DNA of 64,000 nucleotides from Escherichia coli 042 (GTDB lineage Bacteria; Pseudomonadota; Gammaproteobacteria; Enterobacterales; Enterobacteriaceae): NCBI RefSeq assembly GCF_000027125.1, contig NC_017626.1; one strand, 5' to 3'. Shown piece by piece: positions 47,103 to 64,000 of this stretch (position 1 is its first letter; each line of letters starts with the position of its first letter). The notes under the pieces were generated by a model. It saw only the letters and a program-made list of their open reading frames with translations, ran no database searches and was not told where the DNA came from. The position numbers and the translations under genes were made by a program.

Positions 47103-48071
47103 TTAGACCTGGTCTTTTTTATCGTCAACCAATGGGCTGGCGTCGTGTTCTGCTTCGATCTCTTCAGCAGAAAGCGGGGCGGGTTCAGCGTCTGGCGTAA
47201 CAAAGATTTCGGTAGATACTGCCAGCGGCTGGCCAATTTTCGTAACAGACAGGCTTTCCAGTTGCTCAACCAGATTCACTTTACCCGGTGCAAACAGGTT
47301 GATAACGGTGGAACCGAGTTTAAAGCGACCCATTTCCTGGCCTTTCAGCAGTGCCACAGAACCGTCGTTTTCCCCGGCAGGCCAGGTCCAGCGCTTGATG
47401 ATGCCTTCGCGCGGCGGCGTAATGGTGCCCGCCCAGACCGTCTCAATGCTGCCTACAATCGTCGCACCGACCAGAATCTGCGCCATCGGGCCAAATTCGG
47501 TATCGAACAGGCAGATCACGCGTTCGTTACGGGCAAACAGATTCGGCACGTTCTGAGCGGTGAGATGGTTAACGGAGAAGAGATCGCCTGGCACGTAGAT
47601 CATCTCACGCAGAATACCGTTGCACGGCATGTGTACGCGGTGGTAGTCACGCGGGGAGAGGTAAGTGGTCACAAACGTACCGTTGCGGAACAGGTCCGCC
47701 ATCAGATAGTTGCCTGCCAGCAGGGCTTCGAGGCTGTAGTTGTGGCCTTTGGCTTGCAGGATTTTATCTTCTTCGATTTTACCCAACTGGCTGATAACGC
47801 CATCGGCAGGCATAACCAGTACATTCGGATCGGTATCGATTGGGCGTACTTCGTCACGCAGCGGACGGACAAAGAATTCGTTAAAGGTGCGGTAGCTGGC
47901 GGTATCCGGCTTTTGCGCCTCTTTCATGTCGACCTTGTAGTATTTAACGAACAGATCGATAACCAGTTTTGTCAGCCATCCTGCCCGCTTGCTTGCGCCC
48001 CAACCCGCCAGGCGAGTAAGCCATAGTTTCGGCAGAATGTACTGTAGCGAAAGTTTAAATGAATTTAACAA
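47103..48071 (-). CDS. psd: Phosphatidylserine decarboxylase proenzyme
   Basis: 322 aa, [42 protein letters not shown]... Confidence 0.95.
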   Translation of the reverse strand: MLNSFKLSLQYILPKLWLTRLAGWGASKRAGWLTKLVIDLFVKYYKVDMKEAQKPDTASYRTFNEFFVRPLRDEVRPIDTDPNVLVMPADGVISQLGKIEEDKILQAKGHNYSLEALLAGNYLMADLFRNGTFVTTYLSPRDYHRVHMPCNGILREMIYVPGDLFSVNHLTAQNVPNLFARNERVICLFDTEFGPMAQILVGATIVGSIETVWAGTITPPREGIIKRWTWPAGENDGSVALLKGQEMGRFKLGSTVINLFAPGKVNLVEQLESLSVTKIGQPLAVSTEIFVTPDAEPAPLSAEEIEAEHDASPLVDDKKDQV

Positions 48072-48167
48072 GGTAGCCTCCAGGCCATTGTTTTGTCGTT
48101 CCTGATCCGGCCTACATGCCGGATCCTGAAAAAAAGGGGACGATTCTAACGACGGTTAGCTTAATTG

Positions 48168-49220
48168 TCAGTCATCCGTATCAGAAAAGTTTTTACGCGT
48201 TTTTACCTGCGCCATGCTTTCCAGAATACGGTGATAGTTTTCGAAACGGGTTTCCGCGATTTTTCCTTCCTCAACCGCTTCCCGGATAGCGCAGCCCGGA
48301 TCGGTATCGTGTTTGCAATCGCGATATTTACACAGACCTAAGTAGTCATGGAATTCGACAAAGCCCTGAGTGATTTGTTCCGGCTCCAGGTGCCAGAGGC
48401 CGAACTCACGCACTCCTGGGGAGTCAATCACATCACCGCCGTGCGGGAAGTGATACAGCCGAGCGGCGGTCGTGGTGTGCTGACCGAGACCCGAGTTGTC
48501 AGAGACATCGTTGGTCAGGATCTCTTTTTGCAGCCCCAGCAACGCGTTCAGCAGGCTGGATTTACCGACGCCAGACTGCCCGGCAAAAATGCTGATGCGC
48601 CCGGTCAACGCCTCTTCCAGCGGTTTCAGCCCATCCTGAGTATGGCTGGAAACCATCAATACGCGATAACCGATATTGCGGTAGATATCCATCTGCTCGT
48701 TGACGAACTCCATACCTTCGTCGTCCAGCAGGTCTATCTTGTTGAGCACAATAATCGGCTCAATCTGCAAGGTTTCGCAGGCCACCAGGTAACGGTCGAT
48801 AATATTGAGCGACAGCTCCGGCAAAATGGCGGAGACAATGACAATCTGGTCGATGTTGGCGGCAATAGGTTTCACGCCGTCGTAGAAATCCGGACGCGTC
48901 AACACCGAGGTGCGCTCATGCACCGCTTCCACGATCCCTTTGACATTTACGCCTTCCGCCGCCGGTTTACCCGGACGCCAGACTACGCGGTCGCCGGTCA
49001 CCAGTGAACGGATGGTACGGCGAATATTGCAGCGGTGAACGTCGCCATCGGCGGATTCCACATCAGCGTGCATACCAAAGCGGCTGATGACGATACCTTC
49101 ATCAGGCTCGTCAAACAGATTGTCGTCGTAGTCGGGCTTCTCCTTAGACGTTTTAAGACGACGCTGGTGATTGGCGTTCACGCGGCGCTGCTGGCCTTTG
49201 GAGAGTTTATTTTTACTCAA
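48168..49220 (-). CDS. rsgA: Small ribosomal subunit biogenesis GTPase RsgA
   Basis: 350 aa from a TTG start ([15 protein letters not shown]...); G-motifs [15 protein letters not shown]. Confidence 0.85.
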
Positions 49221-49314
49221 TCGTACAGACTCCTGGTCGCCCCTGATGGGCAAAACATCTATGATACACGCAATTGTGGATCAATATAGTCACTGTGAAT
49301 GGGTGGAAAATAGC

Positions 49315-49860
49315 ATGAGTGCCAATGAAAACAACCTGATTTGGATCGATCTTGAGATGACCGGTCTGGATCCCGAGCGCGATCGCATTATTGAGATTGC
49401 CACGCTGGTGACCGATGCCAACCTGAATATTCTGGCAGAAGGGCCGACCATTGCAGTACACCAGTCTGATGAACAGCTGGCGCTGATGGATGACTGGAAC
49501 GTGCGCACCCATACCGCCAGCGGGCTGGTGGAGCGCGTGAAAGCGAGCACAATGGGCGATCGTGAAGCTGAACTGGCAACGCTCGAATTCTTAAAACAGT
49601 GGGTGCCTGCGGGAAAATCGCCGATTTGCGGTAACAGCATCGGCCAGGATCGTCGCTTCCTGTTTAAATACATGCCGGAGCTGGAAGCCTACTTCCACTA
49701 CCGTTATCTCGATGTCAGCACGCTGAAAGAGCTGGCGCGCCGCTGGAAGCCGGAAATTCTTGATGGTTTTACCAAGCAGGGGACGCATCAGGCGATGGAT
49801 GATATCCGTGAGTCGGTGGCAGAACTGGCTTACTATCGCGAGCATTTTATCAAGCTGTAA
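49315..49860 (+). CDS. orn: Oligoribonuclease
   Basis: 181 aa from [29 protein letters not shown] (DEDDh exonuclease). Confidence 0.95.
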
Positions 49861-50070
49861 AATTTTTCCTGGTCACGTAAGCGCCGGAATCCACTTGCGG
49901 CGGCGTGATTTTGACGCTAAATTGAACGTCTTGCTGATAATTTCAGCATTTGAGATAAAAACTCAAAAAAAATTTTTTAGGGGGGTTGCAGAGGGAAAGA
50001 TTTCTCGTATAATGCGCCTCCCGTAACGACGCAGAAATGCGAAAATTACGAAAGCAAAATTAAGTAGTAC

Positions 50071-50146
<76 letters not shown>

Positions 50147-50303
50147 AAATTTGAAAAGTGCTGCAAAGCACAGACCACCCAATCGCAGTATTTCGAATTG
50201 CGACAAGGCGGCAACTGAACGAATCCTTGGGAGCTTACAAAAGTAAGTGACTAAGGTGAGTGAAGGCAGCCAAGGCAGTAGCGGTTCGAAAGACGAAGAT
50301 TAA

Positions 50304-50379
<76 letters not shown>

Positions 50380-50414
50380 AAATTTGAAAGTGCTGTAAAG
50401 CACAGACCACCCAA

Positions 50415-50490
<76 letters not shown>

Positions 50491-50759
50491 AATTCTTCTC
50501 TCAATAAAATATCCACAGCGACGCAATGCGTTATTGCTGGTTTTTGTTGTCTCTGACAAACTCTTGTAAACAGAGTTATCCACAGCCTCAGGCCGTAATC
50601 TTAATTTCAAAGAAACTTCGCACGGTGAATAGTATTTTTTTAACTTATTGATATATAGGTTGAAAATTAAGATTCCGTTTTGTCGAGTCGATCACTTGAC
50701 GATTTTATTCGTCTTGAATTGCAATGTGTTTTTATTTTTATTCACAAGCTGTGGATGAA

Positions 50760-51897
50760 TCAGGCGTCACGCGGTAACCCTTTTTCAATCACCCGAACCA
50801 GACGCTGTTTTTTCGGTAATTGCACTTCGACTATGCACGCATTTCGCCTCTCGATTTGCTGCGCAATCGCCCACGCTATGTGCTCATCAAGAAGTGGGTG
50901 CTCACCTTTACGACTTTCCAGCGCTGTCAAAATCGTTTCATCCCAGGGGGCATTGCCTAATGCTACGGCGATATTACGCAGCCAACGCAGGTGACCAATA
51001 CGACGAATCGCCGATCCTTCCGTGACTTTTAAAAACGTCTCTTCGCTCCAGGCGAATAACTCAATGAGTTCCGGTGCGTGTAGCGGCTTACGCGGGCTGA
51101 AATCGTCTTCTGTAGTGAGTTGCGAATAGCGGTTCCACGGGCAGATAAGCTGGCAGTCATCGCAACCGTAAATACGGTTTCCCATTAACGGGCGTAACTC
51201 TTCCGGGATTGCCCCTTCCAGTTCTATCGTCAGATAAGAAATGCAGCGGCGAGCATCTACGGTATATGGCTCGACGATGGCACCGGTCGGGCAAATCGTC
51301 ATACAGGCCACGCATTTACCGCATCTTTCCTCGACTGGTTGATCCACGGGCAGCGGAATATCGACCAGCAATTCGCCTAAAAAGAAGAACGAACCGGCTT
51401 CGCGATTGAGGATAAGTGAGTGCTTACCTGTCCAGCCAAGTCCTGCTTTTTCAGCTAACGGGCGCTCGAGAATAGGCGCAGAATCGACAAACGGTCTAAA
51501 ATTCAGCGAAACACAATGTTGCTGAATCATCTCGCCCAGCTTTTTGAGTCGGTTGCGCAGAAGTTTGTGATAGTCACGGCCCAGCGCATAACGGCTAACA
51601 TAGCCGAGTTTGGGGTTTTTCAGCGTGCTGGCAAATGCGGCGTTAGCAGGAAGGTAATTCATCCGCACGCTGATCACGCGCAGCGTACCGGGCAATAACT
51701 CATGGGGGCGAGCGCGCAGCATACCGTGACGCGCCATCCAGTCCATTTCGCCGTGGTATTGTTTGTCCAGCCATGCTTGCAGTTTGGGCTCGGACTCGCT
51801 GAGATCGGTATCGGTAATACCTACCTGCTGAAAGCCCAGTTCCAGCCCCCACTGTTTAATTTTTTGCGCTAATTGATTGAGATCGAGGGGCTCTGAC

Positions 51898-51899
<2 letters not shown>
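50760..51899 (-). CDS. queG: Epoxyqueuosine reductase QueG
   Basis: 379 aa from MSEPLDLNQLAQKIKQWGLELGF; 4Fe-4S Cys motifs (CGKCVACMTICP, CDDCQLICP). Confidence 0.9.
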
Positions 51900-53878
<1,979 letters not shown>

Positions 53879-53896
53879 CCTTTGAAAGGTGGCGGG

Positions 53897-55234
53897 ATGA
53901 TGTATCGCATCAGAAATTGGTTGGTAGCGACGTTGCTGCTGCTGTGCGCGCAGGTGGGCGCCGCGACGCTCTCTGATATTCAGGTTTCTAACGGCAACCA
54001 ACAGGCGCGGATAACGTTGAGTTTTATTGGCGATCCTGATTATGCGTTTAGCCATCAAAGCAAACGCACCGTGGCGCTCGATATCAAACAAACGGGCGTG
54101 ATTCAGGGACTGCCATTGTTGTTCAGCGGCAATAATCTGGTGAAGGCGATTCGCTCTGGAACGCCTAAAGATGCACAAACGCTACGGCTGGTGGTCGAGC
54201 TTACCGAAAATGGTAAAACCGAAGCGGTGAAGCGGCAGAATGGCAGCAATTACACTGTCGTCTTTACGATTAACGCCGATGCGCCGCCACCGCCTCCTCC
54301 GCCGCCCGTGGTTGCGAAACGCGTTGAAACACCTGCGGTTGTCGCACCGCGCGTCAGCGAACCGGCGCGCAATCCGTTTAAAACCGAAAGTAACCGCACT
54401 ACGGGGGTTATCAGCAGTAATACGGTAACGCGTCCGGCAGCGCGCGCGACGGCTAACACTGGCGATAAAATTATCATCGCTATTGATGCCGGACACGGCG
54501 GTCAGGATCCTGGCGCTATCGGCCCCGGCGGTACGCGGGAGAAAAATGTCACCATCGCCATTGCGCGTAAATTACGTACTTTGCTCAATGACGATCCAAT
54601 GTTTAAAGGCGTTTTAACCCGTGACGGGGATTACTTTATCTCGGTGATGGGGCGCAGCGATGTGGCACGTAAGCAAAACGCCAATTTCCTCGTGTCGATT
54701 CACGCTGATGCCGCACCGAACCGCAGTGCGACTGGCGCTTCCGTATGGGTGCTCTCTAACCGTCGCGCCAACAGCGAAATGGCCAGCTGGCTGGAGCAGC
54801 ACGAGAAACAGTCGGAGCTGCTGGGCGGAGCGGGCGATGTGCTGGCGAACAGTCAGTCTGACCCCTATTTAAGCCAGGCTGTGCTGGATTTACAGTTCGG
54901 CCATTCCCAGCGTGTAGGGTATGATGTAGCGACCAGTATGATCAGCCAGTTGCAACGCATTGGCGAAATACATAAACGTCGACCAGAACACGCCAGCCTT
55001 GGCGTTCTGCGTTCGCCGGATATCCCATCAGTACTGGTCGAAACCGGTTTTATCAGCAACAACAGCGAAGAACGTTTGCTGGCGAGCGACGATTACCAAC
55101 AACAGCTGGCAGAAGCCATTTATAAAGGCCTGCGCAATTATTTCCTTGCGCATCCGATGCAATCTGCGCCGCAGGGTGCAACGGCACAAACTGCCAGTAC
55201 GGTGACGACGCCAGATCGCACGCTGCCAAACTAA
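53897..55234 (+). CDS. amiB: N-acetylmuramoyl-L-alanine amidase AmiB
   Basis: 445 aa from [22 protein letters not shown]; contains a poly-proline run ([12 protein letters not shown]). Confidence 0.9.
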   Translation: MMYRIRNWLVATLLLLCAQVGAATLSDIQVSNGNQQARITLSFIGDPDYAFSHQSKRTVALDIKQTGVIQGLPLLFSGNNLVKAIRSGTPKDAQTLRLVVELTENGKTEAVKRQNGSNYTVVFTINADAPPPPPPPPVVAKRVETPAVVAPRVSEPARNPFKTESNRTTGVISSNTVTRPAARATANTGDKIIIAIDAGHGGQDPGAIGPGGTREKNVTIAIARKLRTLLNDDPMFKGVLTRDGDYFISVMGRSDVARKQNANFLVSIHADAAPNRSATGASVWVLSNRRANSEMASWLEQHEKQSELLGGAGDVLANSQSDPYLSQAVLDLQFGHSQRVGYDVATSMISQLQRIGEIHKRRPEHASLGVLRSPDIPSVLVETGFISNNSEERLLASDDYQQQLAEAIYKGLRNYFLAHPMQSAPQGATAQTASTVTTPDRTLPN

Positions 55235-55243
55235 GGACGATTG

Positions 55244-57091
55244 ATGCCAATTCAGGTCTTACCGCCACAACTGGCGAACCAGATTGCCGCAGGTGAGGTG
55301 GTCGAGCGACCTGCGTCGGTAGTCAAGGAACTGGTGGAAAACAGCCTCGATGCAGGTGCGACGCGCATTGATATTGATATCGAACGTGGCGGGGCGAAAC
55401 TTATCCGCATTCGTGATAACGGCTGCGGTATCAAAAAAGATGAGCTGGCGCTGGCGCTGGCTCGTCATGCCACCAGTAAAATCGCCTCTCTGGACGATCT
55501 CGAAGCCATTATCAGCCTGGGCTTTCGCGGTGAGGCGCTGGCGAGTATCAGTTCGGTTTCCCGCCTGACGCTCACTTCACGTACCGCAGAACAGCAGGAA
55601 GCCTGGCAGGCCTATGCCGAAGGGCGCGATATGGACGTGACGGTAAAACCGGCGGCGCATCCTGTGGGAACGACGCTGGAGGTGCTGGATCTGTTCTACA
55701 ACACCCCGGCGCGGCGCAAATTCCTGCGCACCGAGAAAACCGAATTTAACCACATTGATGAGATCATCCGCCGCATTGCGCTGGCGCGTTTCGACGTCAC
55801 GATCAACCTGTCGCATAACGGTAAAATTGTGCGTCAGTACCGCGCAGTGCCGGAAGGCGGGCAAAAAGAACGGCGCTTAGGCGCGATTTGCGGCACCGCT
55901 TTTCTCGAACAAGCGCTGGCGATTGAATGGCAACACAGCGATCTCACGCTGCGCGGCTGGGTGGCAGATCCGAATCACACCACGCCCGCACTGGCGGAAA
56001 TTCAGTATTGCTACGTGAATGGTCGCATGATGCGCGATCGCCTGATCAATCACGCGATCCGCCAGGCCTGTGAAGACAAACTGGGGGCCGATCAGCAACC
56101 GGCATTTGTGCTGTATCTGGAGATCGACCCACATCAGGTGGACGTCAACGTGCACCCTGCCAAACACGAAGTGCGTTTCCATCAGTCGCGTCTGGTGCAT
56201 GACTTTATCTATCAGGGCGTGCTGAGCGTGCTACAACAGCAACTGGAAACGCCGCTACCGCTGGACGATGAACCACAACCTGCACCGCGTGCCATCCCGG
56301 AAAACCGCGTGGCGGCGGGGCGCAATCACTTTGCTGAACCGGCAGTTTGTGAGCCAGTAGCTCCGCGTTACACTCCTGCGCCCTCCTCAGGCAGTCGTCC
56401 GGCGGCCCCCTGGCCGAATGCGCAGCCAGGCTACCAGAAACAGCAAGGTGAAGTGTATCGCCAGCTTTTGCAAACGCCCGCGCCGATGCAAAAACCAAAA
56501 GCGCCAGAACCGCAGGAACCTGCACTTGCGGCGAACAGTCAGAGTTTTGGTCGGGTACTGACTATCGTCCATTCCGACTGTGCGTTGCTGGAGCGCGACG
56601 GCAACATTTCACTTTTAGCCTTGCCAGTGGCAGAACGTTGGCTGCGTCAGGCGCAACTGACGCCGGGTGAAGCGCCCGTTTGCGCCCAGCCGCTGCTGAT
56701 TCCGCTGCGGCTAAAAGTTTCTGGCGAAGAAAAATCGGCATTAGAAAAAGCGCAGTCTGCCCTGGCGGAATTGGGTATTGATTTCCAGTCCGATGCACAG
56801 CATGTGACCATCAGGTCCGTGCCTTTACCCTTACGCCAACAAAATTTACAAATCTTGATTCCTGAACTGATAGGCTACCTGGCGAAGCAGTCCGTATTCG
56901 AACCTGGCAATATTGCGCAGTGGATTGCACGAAATCTGATGAGCGAACATGCGCAGTGGTCAATGGCGCAGGCCATAACCCTGCTGGCGGACGTGGAACG
57001 GTTATGTCCGCAACTTGTGAAAACGCCGCCGGGTGGTCTGTTACAATCTGTTGATTTACATCCGGCGATAAAAGCCCTGAAAGATGAGTGA
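55244..57091 (+). CDS. mutL: DNA mismatch repair protein MutL
   Basis: 615 aa from [39 protein letters not shown]. Confidence 0.97.
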
Positions 57092-58034
57092 TATCAGTAA
57101 GGCGAGCCTGCCTAAGGCGATTTTTTTGATGGGGCCGACGGCCTCCGGTAAAACGGCGTTAGCCATTGAGCTGCGTAAAATTTTACCAGTAGAGTTGATA
57201 AGCGTTGATTCTGCCCTTATTTACAAAGGGATGGATATCGGGACGGCGAAGCCGAACGCTGAAGAGTTACTCGCCGCGCCGCACCGATTGCTGGATATTC
57301 GCGATCCGTCGCAGGCTTACTCGGCTGCTGATTTTCGCCGCGATGCGCTGGCGGAAATGGCCGATATCACCGCGGCGGGGCGGATCCCACTGTTAGTGGG
57401 CGGTACGATGTTGTATTTCAAGGCATTGCTGGAAGGGTTGTCGCCGCTACCGTCGGCAGACCCGGAAGTGCGGGCCAGAATTGAGCAACAGGCGGCAGAG
57501 CAAGGTTGGGAGTCATTGCATCGTCAACTTCAGGAGATCGATCCGGTTGCGGCAGCAAGGATTCATCCAAATGATCCACAAAGGCTTTCCCGGGCACTGG
57601 AAGTTTTTTTCATTTCGGGTAAAACTTTAACGGAACTGACGCAAACGTCAGGAGACGCTCTACCGTATCAGGTGCATCAGTTCGCCATCGCCCCGGCGAG
57701 CCGTGAACTGCTCCATCAACGAATTGAGCAGCGTTTTCATCAGATGTTGGCTTCAGGTTTTGAAGCAGAAGTCCGGGCGCTTTTTGCCCGAGGAGATTTG
57801 CATACGGATTTGCCTTCCATTCGTTGCGTGGGTTATCGCCAGATGTGGTCTTACCTTGAAGGCGAAATCTCATACGATGAAATGGTTTATCGAGGTGTTT
57901 GCGCCACGAGACAGTTGGCGAAGCGGCAGATAACCTGGCTGCGTGGTTGGGAAGGGGTTCACTGGCTTGACAGTGAAAAACCAGAACAAGCGCGTGACGA
58001 AGTATTACAGGTTGTTGGTGCTATCGCAGGCTGA
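57084..58034 (+). CDS. miaA: tRNA dimethylallyltransferase MiaA
   Basis: 316 aa; P-loop GPTASGKT. Confidence 0.95.
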
Positions 58035-58107
58035 ATGTGTACAATTGAGACGTATCGTGCGCAATTTTTTCAGAATCGAAAGGTTCAAAGTACAAATAAG
58101 CATATAA

Positions 58108-58448
<341 letters not shown>

Positions 58449-58504
58449 ACACGGGGAGCCAGCGATCCTGCGTTCCCCGCTGATCTATTTAGAGGGTTTT
58501 ACGC

Positions 58505-59785
58505 TTGTTTGACCGTTATGATGCTGGTGAGCAGGCGGTACTGGTACACATCTATTTTACGCAAGACAAAGATATGGAAGACCTCCAGGAGTTTGAATCT
58601 CTGGTCTCTTCCGCCGGTGTCGAAGCATTGCAGGTGATTACCGGTAGCCGTAAAGCGCCGCACCCAAAGTATTTTGTAGGTGAAGGTAAAGCAGTTGAAA
58701 TTGCGGAAGCTGTCAAAGCGACGGGTGCTTCGGTCGTTCTTTTTGACCATGCCCTGAGCCCGGCGCAAGAGCGTAACCTGGAGCGTTTGTGCGAGTGTCG
58801 TGTCATCGACCGCACCGGCCTTATTTTAGATATTTTCGCCCAACGTGCGCGTACCCATGAGGGTAAGTTGCAGGTTGAGCTGGCGCAGCTGCGCCATCTG
58901 GCTACGCGCCTGGTGCGTGGCTGGACCCACCTTGAAAGACAGAAAGGCGGGATAGGTTTGCGTGGTCCGGGTGAAACCCAGCTCGAAACCGACCGTCGTT
59001 TGTTGCGTAATCGCATCGTGCAGATACAGTCGCGCCTGGAAAGAGTTGAAAAGCAGCGTGAGCAGGGGCGGCAATCGCGTATCAAAGCCGACGTTCCTAC
59101 TGTTTCGCTGGTGGGATATACCAACGCCGGTAAATCTACCCTTTTCAATCGCATCACCGAAGCGCGGGTCTACGCGGCAGACCAGTTGTTTGCCACCCTC
59201 GACCCGACGTTGCGGCGTATTGACGTCGCAGATGTCGGTGAAACCGTGTTGGCAGATACCGTAGGGTTTATTCGCCACCTGCCGCACGATCTGGTGGCGG
59301 CATTTAAAGCCACGTTACAAGAGACGCGGCAAGCCACATTGCTGCTGCACGTCATTGATGCGGCGGATGTGCGTGTACAAGAAAACATCGAAGCGGTGAA
59401 TACGGTTCTTGAAGAGATCGACGCTCACGAGATCCCAACCCTGCTGGTGATGAACAAGATCGATATGCTGGAAGATTTCGAACCGCGTATTGATCGGGAC
59501 GAAGAGAACAAACCGATCCGTGTCTGGCTTTCCGCACAGACCGGAGCGGGGATACCACAGCTTTTTCAGGCTTTGACGGAGCGGCTTTCCGGCGAGGTGG
59601 CGCAGCATACATTGCGTCTGCCACCGCAGGAAGGGCGTCTGAGAAGTCGTTTTTATCAGCTTCAGGCAATAGAAAAAGAGTGGATGGAGGAGGACGGCAG
59701 CGTAAGTCTGCAAGTTCGTATGCCGATCGTTGACTGGCGTCGCCTCTGTAAACAAGAACCGGCGTTGATCGATTACCTGATCTAA
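58505..59785 (+). CDS. hflX: GTPase HflX
   Basis: 426 aa; G1 motif [12 protein letters not shown]. Confidence 0.95.
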   Translation: MFDRYDAGEQAVLVHIYFTQDKDMEDLQEFESLVSSAGVEALQVITGSRKAPHPKYFVGEGKAVEIAEAVKATGASVVLFDHALSPAQERNLERLCECRVIDRTGLILDIFAQRARTHEGKLQVELAQLRHLATRLVRGWTHLERQKGGIGLRGPGETQLETDRRLLRNRIVQIQSRLERVEKQREQGRQSRIKADVPTVSLVGYTNAGKSTLFNRITEARVYAADQLFATLDPTLRRIDVADVGETVLADTVGFIRHLPHDLVAAFKATLQETRQATLLLHVIDAADVRVQENIEAVNTVLEEIDAHEIPTLLVMNKIDMLEDFEPRIDRDEENKPIRVWLSAQTGAGIPQLFQALTERLSGEVAQHTLRLPPQEGRLRSRFYQLQAIEKEWMEEDGSVSLQVRMPIVDWRRLCKQEPALIDYLI

Positions 59786-59870
59786 CGGCGTAGCGTCTGA
59801 AGCGTGGAGTCATATCCTCTGGCGTCGAAAGACAACAGGGATCACCGCATAACAAATATGGAGCACAAAC

Positions 59871-61130
59871 ATGGCGTGGAATCAGCCCGGTAATAACGGA
59901 CAAGACCGCGACCCGTGGGGAAGCAGCAAACCTGGCGGCAACTCTGAGGGAAATGGAAACAAAGGCGGTCGCGATCAAGGGCCACCTGATTTAGATGATA
60001 TCTTCCGCAAACTGAGCAAAAAGCTCGGTGGTCTGGGCGGCGGTAAAGGCACCGGATCTGGCGGTGGCAGTTCATCGCAAGGCCCGCGCCCGCAGCTTGG
60101 CGGTCGTGTCGTTACCATCGCAGCGGCAGCGATTGTCATTATCTGGGCGGCCAGTGGTTTCTATACCATTAAAGAAGCCGAACGTGGCGTGGTAACACGC
60201 TTTGGTAAATTCAGCCATCTGGTTGAGCCGGGTCTGAACTGGAAACCGACGTTTATCGACGAAGTCAAACCGGTGAACGTGGAAGCCGTGCGTGAACTGG
60301 CCGCTTCTGGTGTGATGCTGACGTCGGACGAGAACGTAGTGCGCGTTGAGATGAACGTGCAGTACCGCGTCACCAATCCGGAAAAATATCTGTATAGCGT
60401 AACCAGCCCGGATGACAGTCTGCGTCAGGCTACCGACAGCGCCCTGCGTGGGGTTATCGGTAAATACACCATGGACCGCATTCTGACGGAAGGTCGTACC
60501 GTGATTCGTAGCGATACCCAGCGCGAACTGGAAGAGACGATTCGTCCGTATGACATGGGTATCACGCTGCTGGACGTCAACTTCCAGGCAGCTCGTCCGC
60601 CGGAAGAAGTAAAAGCGGCGTTTGACGATGCGATTGCCGCGCGTGAAAACGAACAGCAATACATTCGTGAAGCAGAAGCGTATACCAACGAAGTTCAGCC
60701 GCGTGCGAACGGTCAGGCGCAACGTATCCTCGAAGAGGCACGTGCGTACAAGGCCCAGACCATCCTGGAAGCTCAGGGTGAAGTGGCGCGCTTTGCTAAA
60801 CTTCTGCCGGAATATAAAGCTGCGCCGGAAATTACTCGCGAGCGTCTGTATATCGAGACGATGGAAAAAGTGTTGGGCAACACCCGCAAAGTGCTGGTTA
60901 ACGATAAAGGTGGCAACCTGATGGTTCTGCCGTTAGACCAGATGCTGAAAGGTGGTAACGCCCCTGCGGCGAAGAGCGATAACGGTGCCAGCAATCTGCT
61001 GCGTCTGCCGCCAGCCTCTTCCTCCACAACCAGTGGAGCAAGCAACACGTCGTCCACCAGTCAGGGCGATATTATGGACCAACGCCGCGCCAACGCGCAG
61101 CGTAACGACTACCAGCGTCAGGGGGAATAA
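59871..61130 (+). CDS. hflK: FtsH modulator HflK
   Basis: 419 aa; SPFH/band-7 domain. Confidence 0.95.
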   Translation: MAWNQPGNNGQDRDPWGSSKPGGNSEGNGNKGGRDQGPPDLDDIFRKLSKKLGGLGGGKGTGSGGGSSSQGPRPQLGGRVVTIAAAAIVIIWAASGFYTIKEAERGVVTRFGKFSHLVEPGLNWKPTFIDEVKPVNVEAVRELAASGVMLTSDENVVRVEMNVQYRVTNPEKYLYSVTSPDDSLRQATDSALRGVIGKYTMDRILTEGRTVIRSDTQRELEETIRPYDMGITLLDVNFQAARPPEEVKAAFDDAIAARENEQQYIREAEAYTNEVQPRANGQAQRILEEARAYKAQTILEAQGEVARFAKLLPEYKAAPEITRERLYIETMEKVLGNTRKVLVNDKGGNLMVLPLDQMLKGGNAPAAKSDNGASNLLRLPPASSSTTSGASNTSSTSQGDIMDQRRANAQRNDYQRQGE

Positions 61131-61132
61131 CG

Positions 61133-62137
61133 ATGCGTAAGTCAGTTATCGCGATTATCATCATCGTGCTGGTAGTGCTTTACATGTCTGTCTTTGTCGT
61201 CAAAGAAGGTGAGCGCGGTATTACGCTGCGTTTTGGTAAGGTACTGCGTGACGATGACAACAAACCTCTGGTTTATGAGCCGGGTCTGCATTTCAAGATA
61301 CCGTTCATTGAAACGGTGAAAATGCTCGACGCACGTATTCAGACCATGGACAACCAGGCCGACCGCTTTGTGACCAAAGAGAAGAAAGACCTGATCGTCG
61401 ACTCTTACATCAAATGGCGCATCAGCGATTTCAGCCGTTACTACCTGGCAACGGGCGGTGGCGACATTTCGCAAGCGGAAGTGCTGTTGAAACGTAAGTT
61501 CTCTGACCGTCTGCGTTCTGAAATTGGTCGTCTGGACGTGAAAGACATCGTCACCGATTCCCGTGGTCGTCTGACCCTCGAAGTACGTGACGCGCTGAAC
61601 TCCGGTTCTGCGGGTACAGAAGATGAAGTTACTACCCCGGCGGCAGATAACGCCATTGCCGAAGCGGCAGAGCGCGTAACGGCTGAGACGAAGGGCAAAG
61701 TTCCGGTCATCAACCCGAACAGTATGGCGGCGCTGGGTATTGAAGTTGTCGATGTGCGAATTAAGCAGATCAACCTGCCGACCGAAGTGTCTGAAGCGAT
61801 CTACAACCGTATGCGCGCCGAGCGTGAAGCGGTAGCGCGTCGTCACCGTTCACAAGGTCAGGAAGAAGCGGAAAAACTGCGCGCGACTGCCGACTATGAA
61901 GTGACCAGAACGTTGGCAGAAGCTGAGCGTCAGGGTCGCATCATGCGTGGTGAAGGCGATGCAGAAGCAGCCAAACTGTTTGCTGATGCATTCAGTAAAG
62001 ATCCGGACTTCTACGCATTTATCCGTAGCCTGCGTGCTTATGAGAACAGTTTCTCTGGCAATCAGGACGTGATGGTCATGAGCCCGGATAGCGATTTCTT
62101 CCGCTACATGAAGACGCCGACTTCCGCAACGCGTTAA
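61133..62137 (+). CDS. hflC: FtsH modulator HflC
   Basis: 334 aa; SPFH/band-7 domain. Confidence 0.95.
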   Translation: MRKSVIAIIIIVLVVLYMSVFVVKEGERGITLRFGKVLRDDDNKPLVYEPGLHFKIPFIETVKMLDARIQTMDNQADRFVTKEKKDLIVDSYIKWRISDFSRYYLATGGGDISQAEVLLKRKFSDRLRSEIGRLDVKDIVTDSRGRLTLEVRDALNSGSAGTEDEVTTPAADNAIAEAAERVTAETKGKVPVINPNSMAALGIEVVDVRIKQINLPTEVSEAIYNRMRAEREAVARRHRSQGQEEAEKLRATADYEVTRTLAEAERQGRIMRGEGDAEAAKLFADAFSKDPDFYAFIRSLRAYENSFSGNQDVMVMSPDSDFFRYMKTPTSATR

Positions 62138-62218
62138 TATAACGACTGCGGTACAGGTCAATAAAGCCACCGCATCCTCAGGGATGTCGGTGGTTTTCTT
62201 TTTCTATAAGGATAATGA

Positions 62219-62416
62219 ATGAATTCGACAATCTGGCTGGCGCTTGCCCTGGTTTTGGTGCTGGAAGGTTTAGGGCCGATGCTTTACCCGAAGGCATGGA
62301 AGAAGATGATCTCTGCGATGACCAATTTGCCCGATAATATTTTACGTCGTTTCGGCGGTGGACTTGTGGTTGCGGGCGTTGTGGTCTACTACATGTTGAG
62401 GAAAACGATTGGCTGA
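62219..62416 (+). CDS. yjeT: DUF2065 membrane protein YjeT
   Basis: 65 aa, MNSTIWLALALVLVLEGLGPMLYPKAWKKM... Confidence 0.8.
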   Translation: MNSTIWLALALVLVLEGLGPMLYPKAWKKMISAMTNLPDNILRRFGGGLVVAGVVVYYMLRKTIG

Positions 62417-62516
62417 ACAAAAAACAGACTGATCGAGGTCATTTTTGAGTGCAAAAAGTGCTGTAACTCTGAAAAAGCGATGGTAGAATCCATTTTTAAG
62501 CAAACGGTGATTTTGA

Positions 62517-63818
<1,302 letters not shown>

Positions 63819-64000
63819 TTCTGGTACGCCTGGCAGATATTTTGCCTGCCGGGCTAACAGTGTGATACATTGCTGTGTCGGGTAAGCCATTACGCTTTCC
63901 GACACAGTGTTAAATCCTCGCTTTTTTCCTTCCCCGAACTGAAATAAATTAGCGACACAGCTTGTGGCTGGTTTATCATCAATATAAATGTATTTTTTCC

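Overview
This window reads as Escherichia coli chromosome around tRNA-Phe (pheU-type locus), and splits into two parts. Positions ~21000-64000 are conserved core genes in the K-12 order: yjdC, dsbD, cutA, dcuA, aspA, fxsA, yjeH, groES/groEL, yjeI, yjeJ, epmB, efp, ecnAB, sugE, blc, ampC, frdDCBA, epmA, yjeM, yjeO, mscM, psd, rsgA, orn, three tRNA-Gly, queG, nnr, tsaE, amiB, mutL, miaA, hfq, hflXKC, yjeT, purA. All appear intact. Positions 1-20917 are a horizontally acquired island at the 3' end of tRNA-Phe that runs off the window start. From the tRNA inward it carries: a P4-type integrase; IS1; a truncated ColE1-type plasmid replication-control region (RNAI/RNAII homology); a frameshifted lipoprotein gene; an ~11 kb tightly packed minus-strand operon (SNF2 helicase, AAA+ ATPase, S8 subtilase, type III mod, type III res); a small ORF truncated by IS insertion; an IS911-like element with nested IS30 and IS110-family insertions; and the 5' part of a SPATE autotransporter gene. 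The operon is the main finding: I do not recognise this five-gene architecture as a named defense system, and the ATPase/subtilase pair resembles the Iet (ietAS) module as I recall it. In the sequence as given, the helicase and the lipoprotein gene are each frameshifted at a short homopolymer and mod is frameshifted by a 5-bp tandem duplication, while res is intact. All identifications are from reading the sequence and recalled family motifs; no database search was run.
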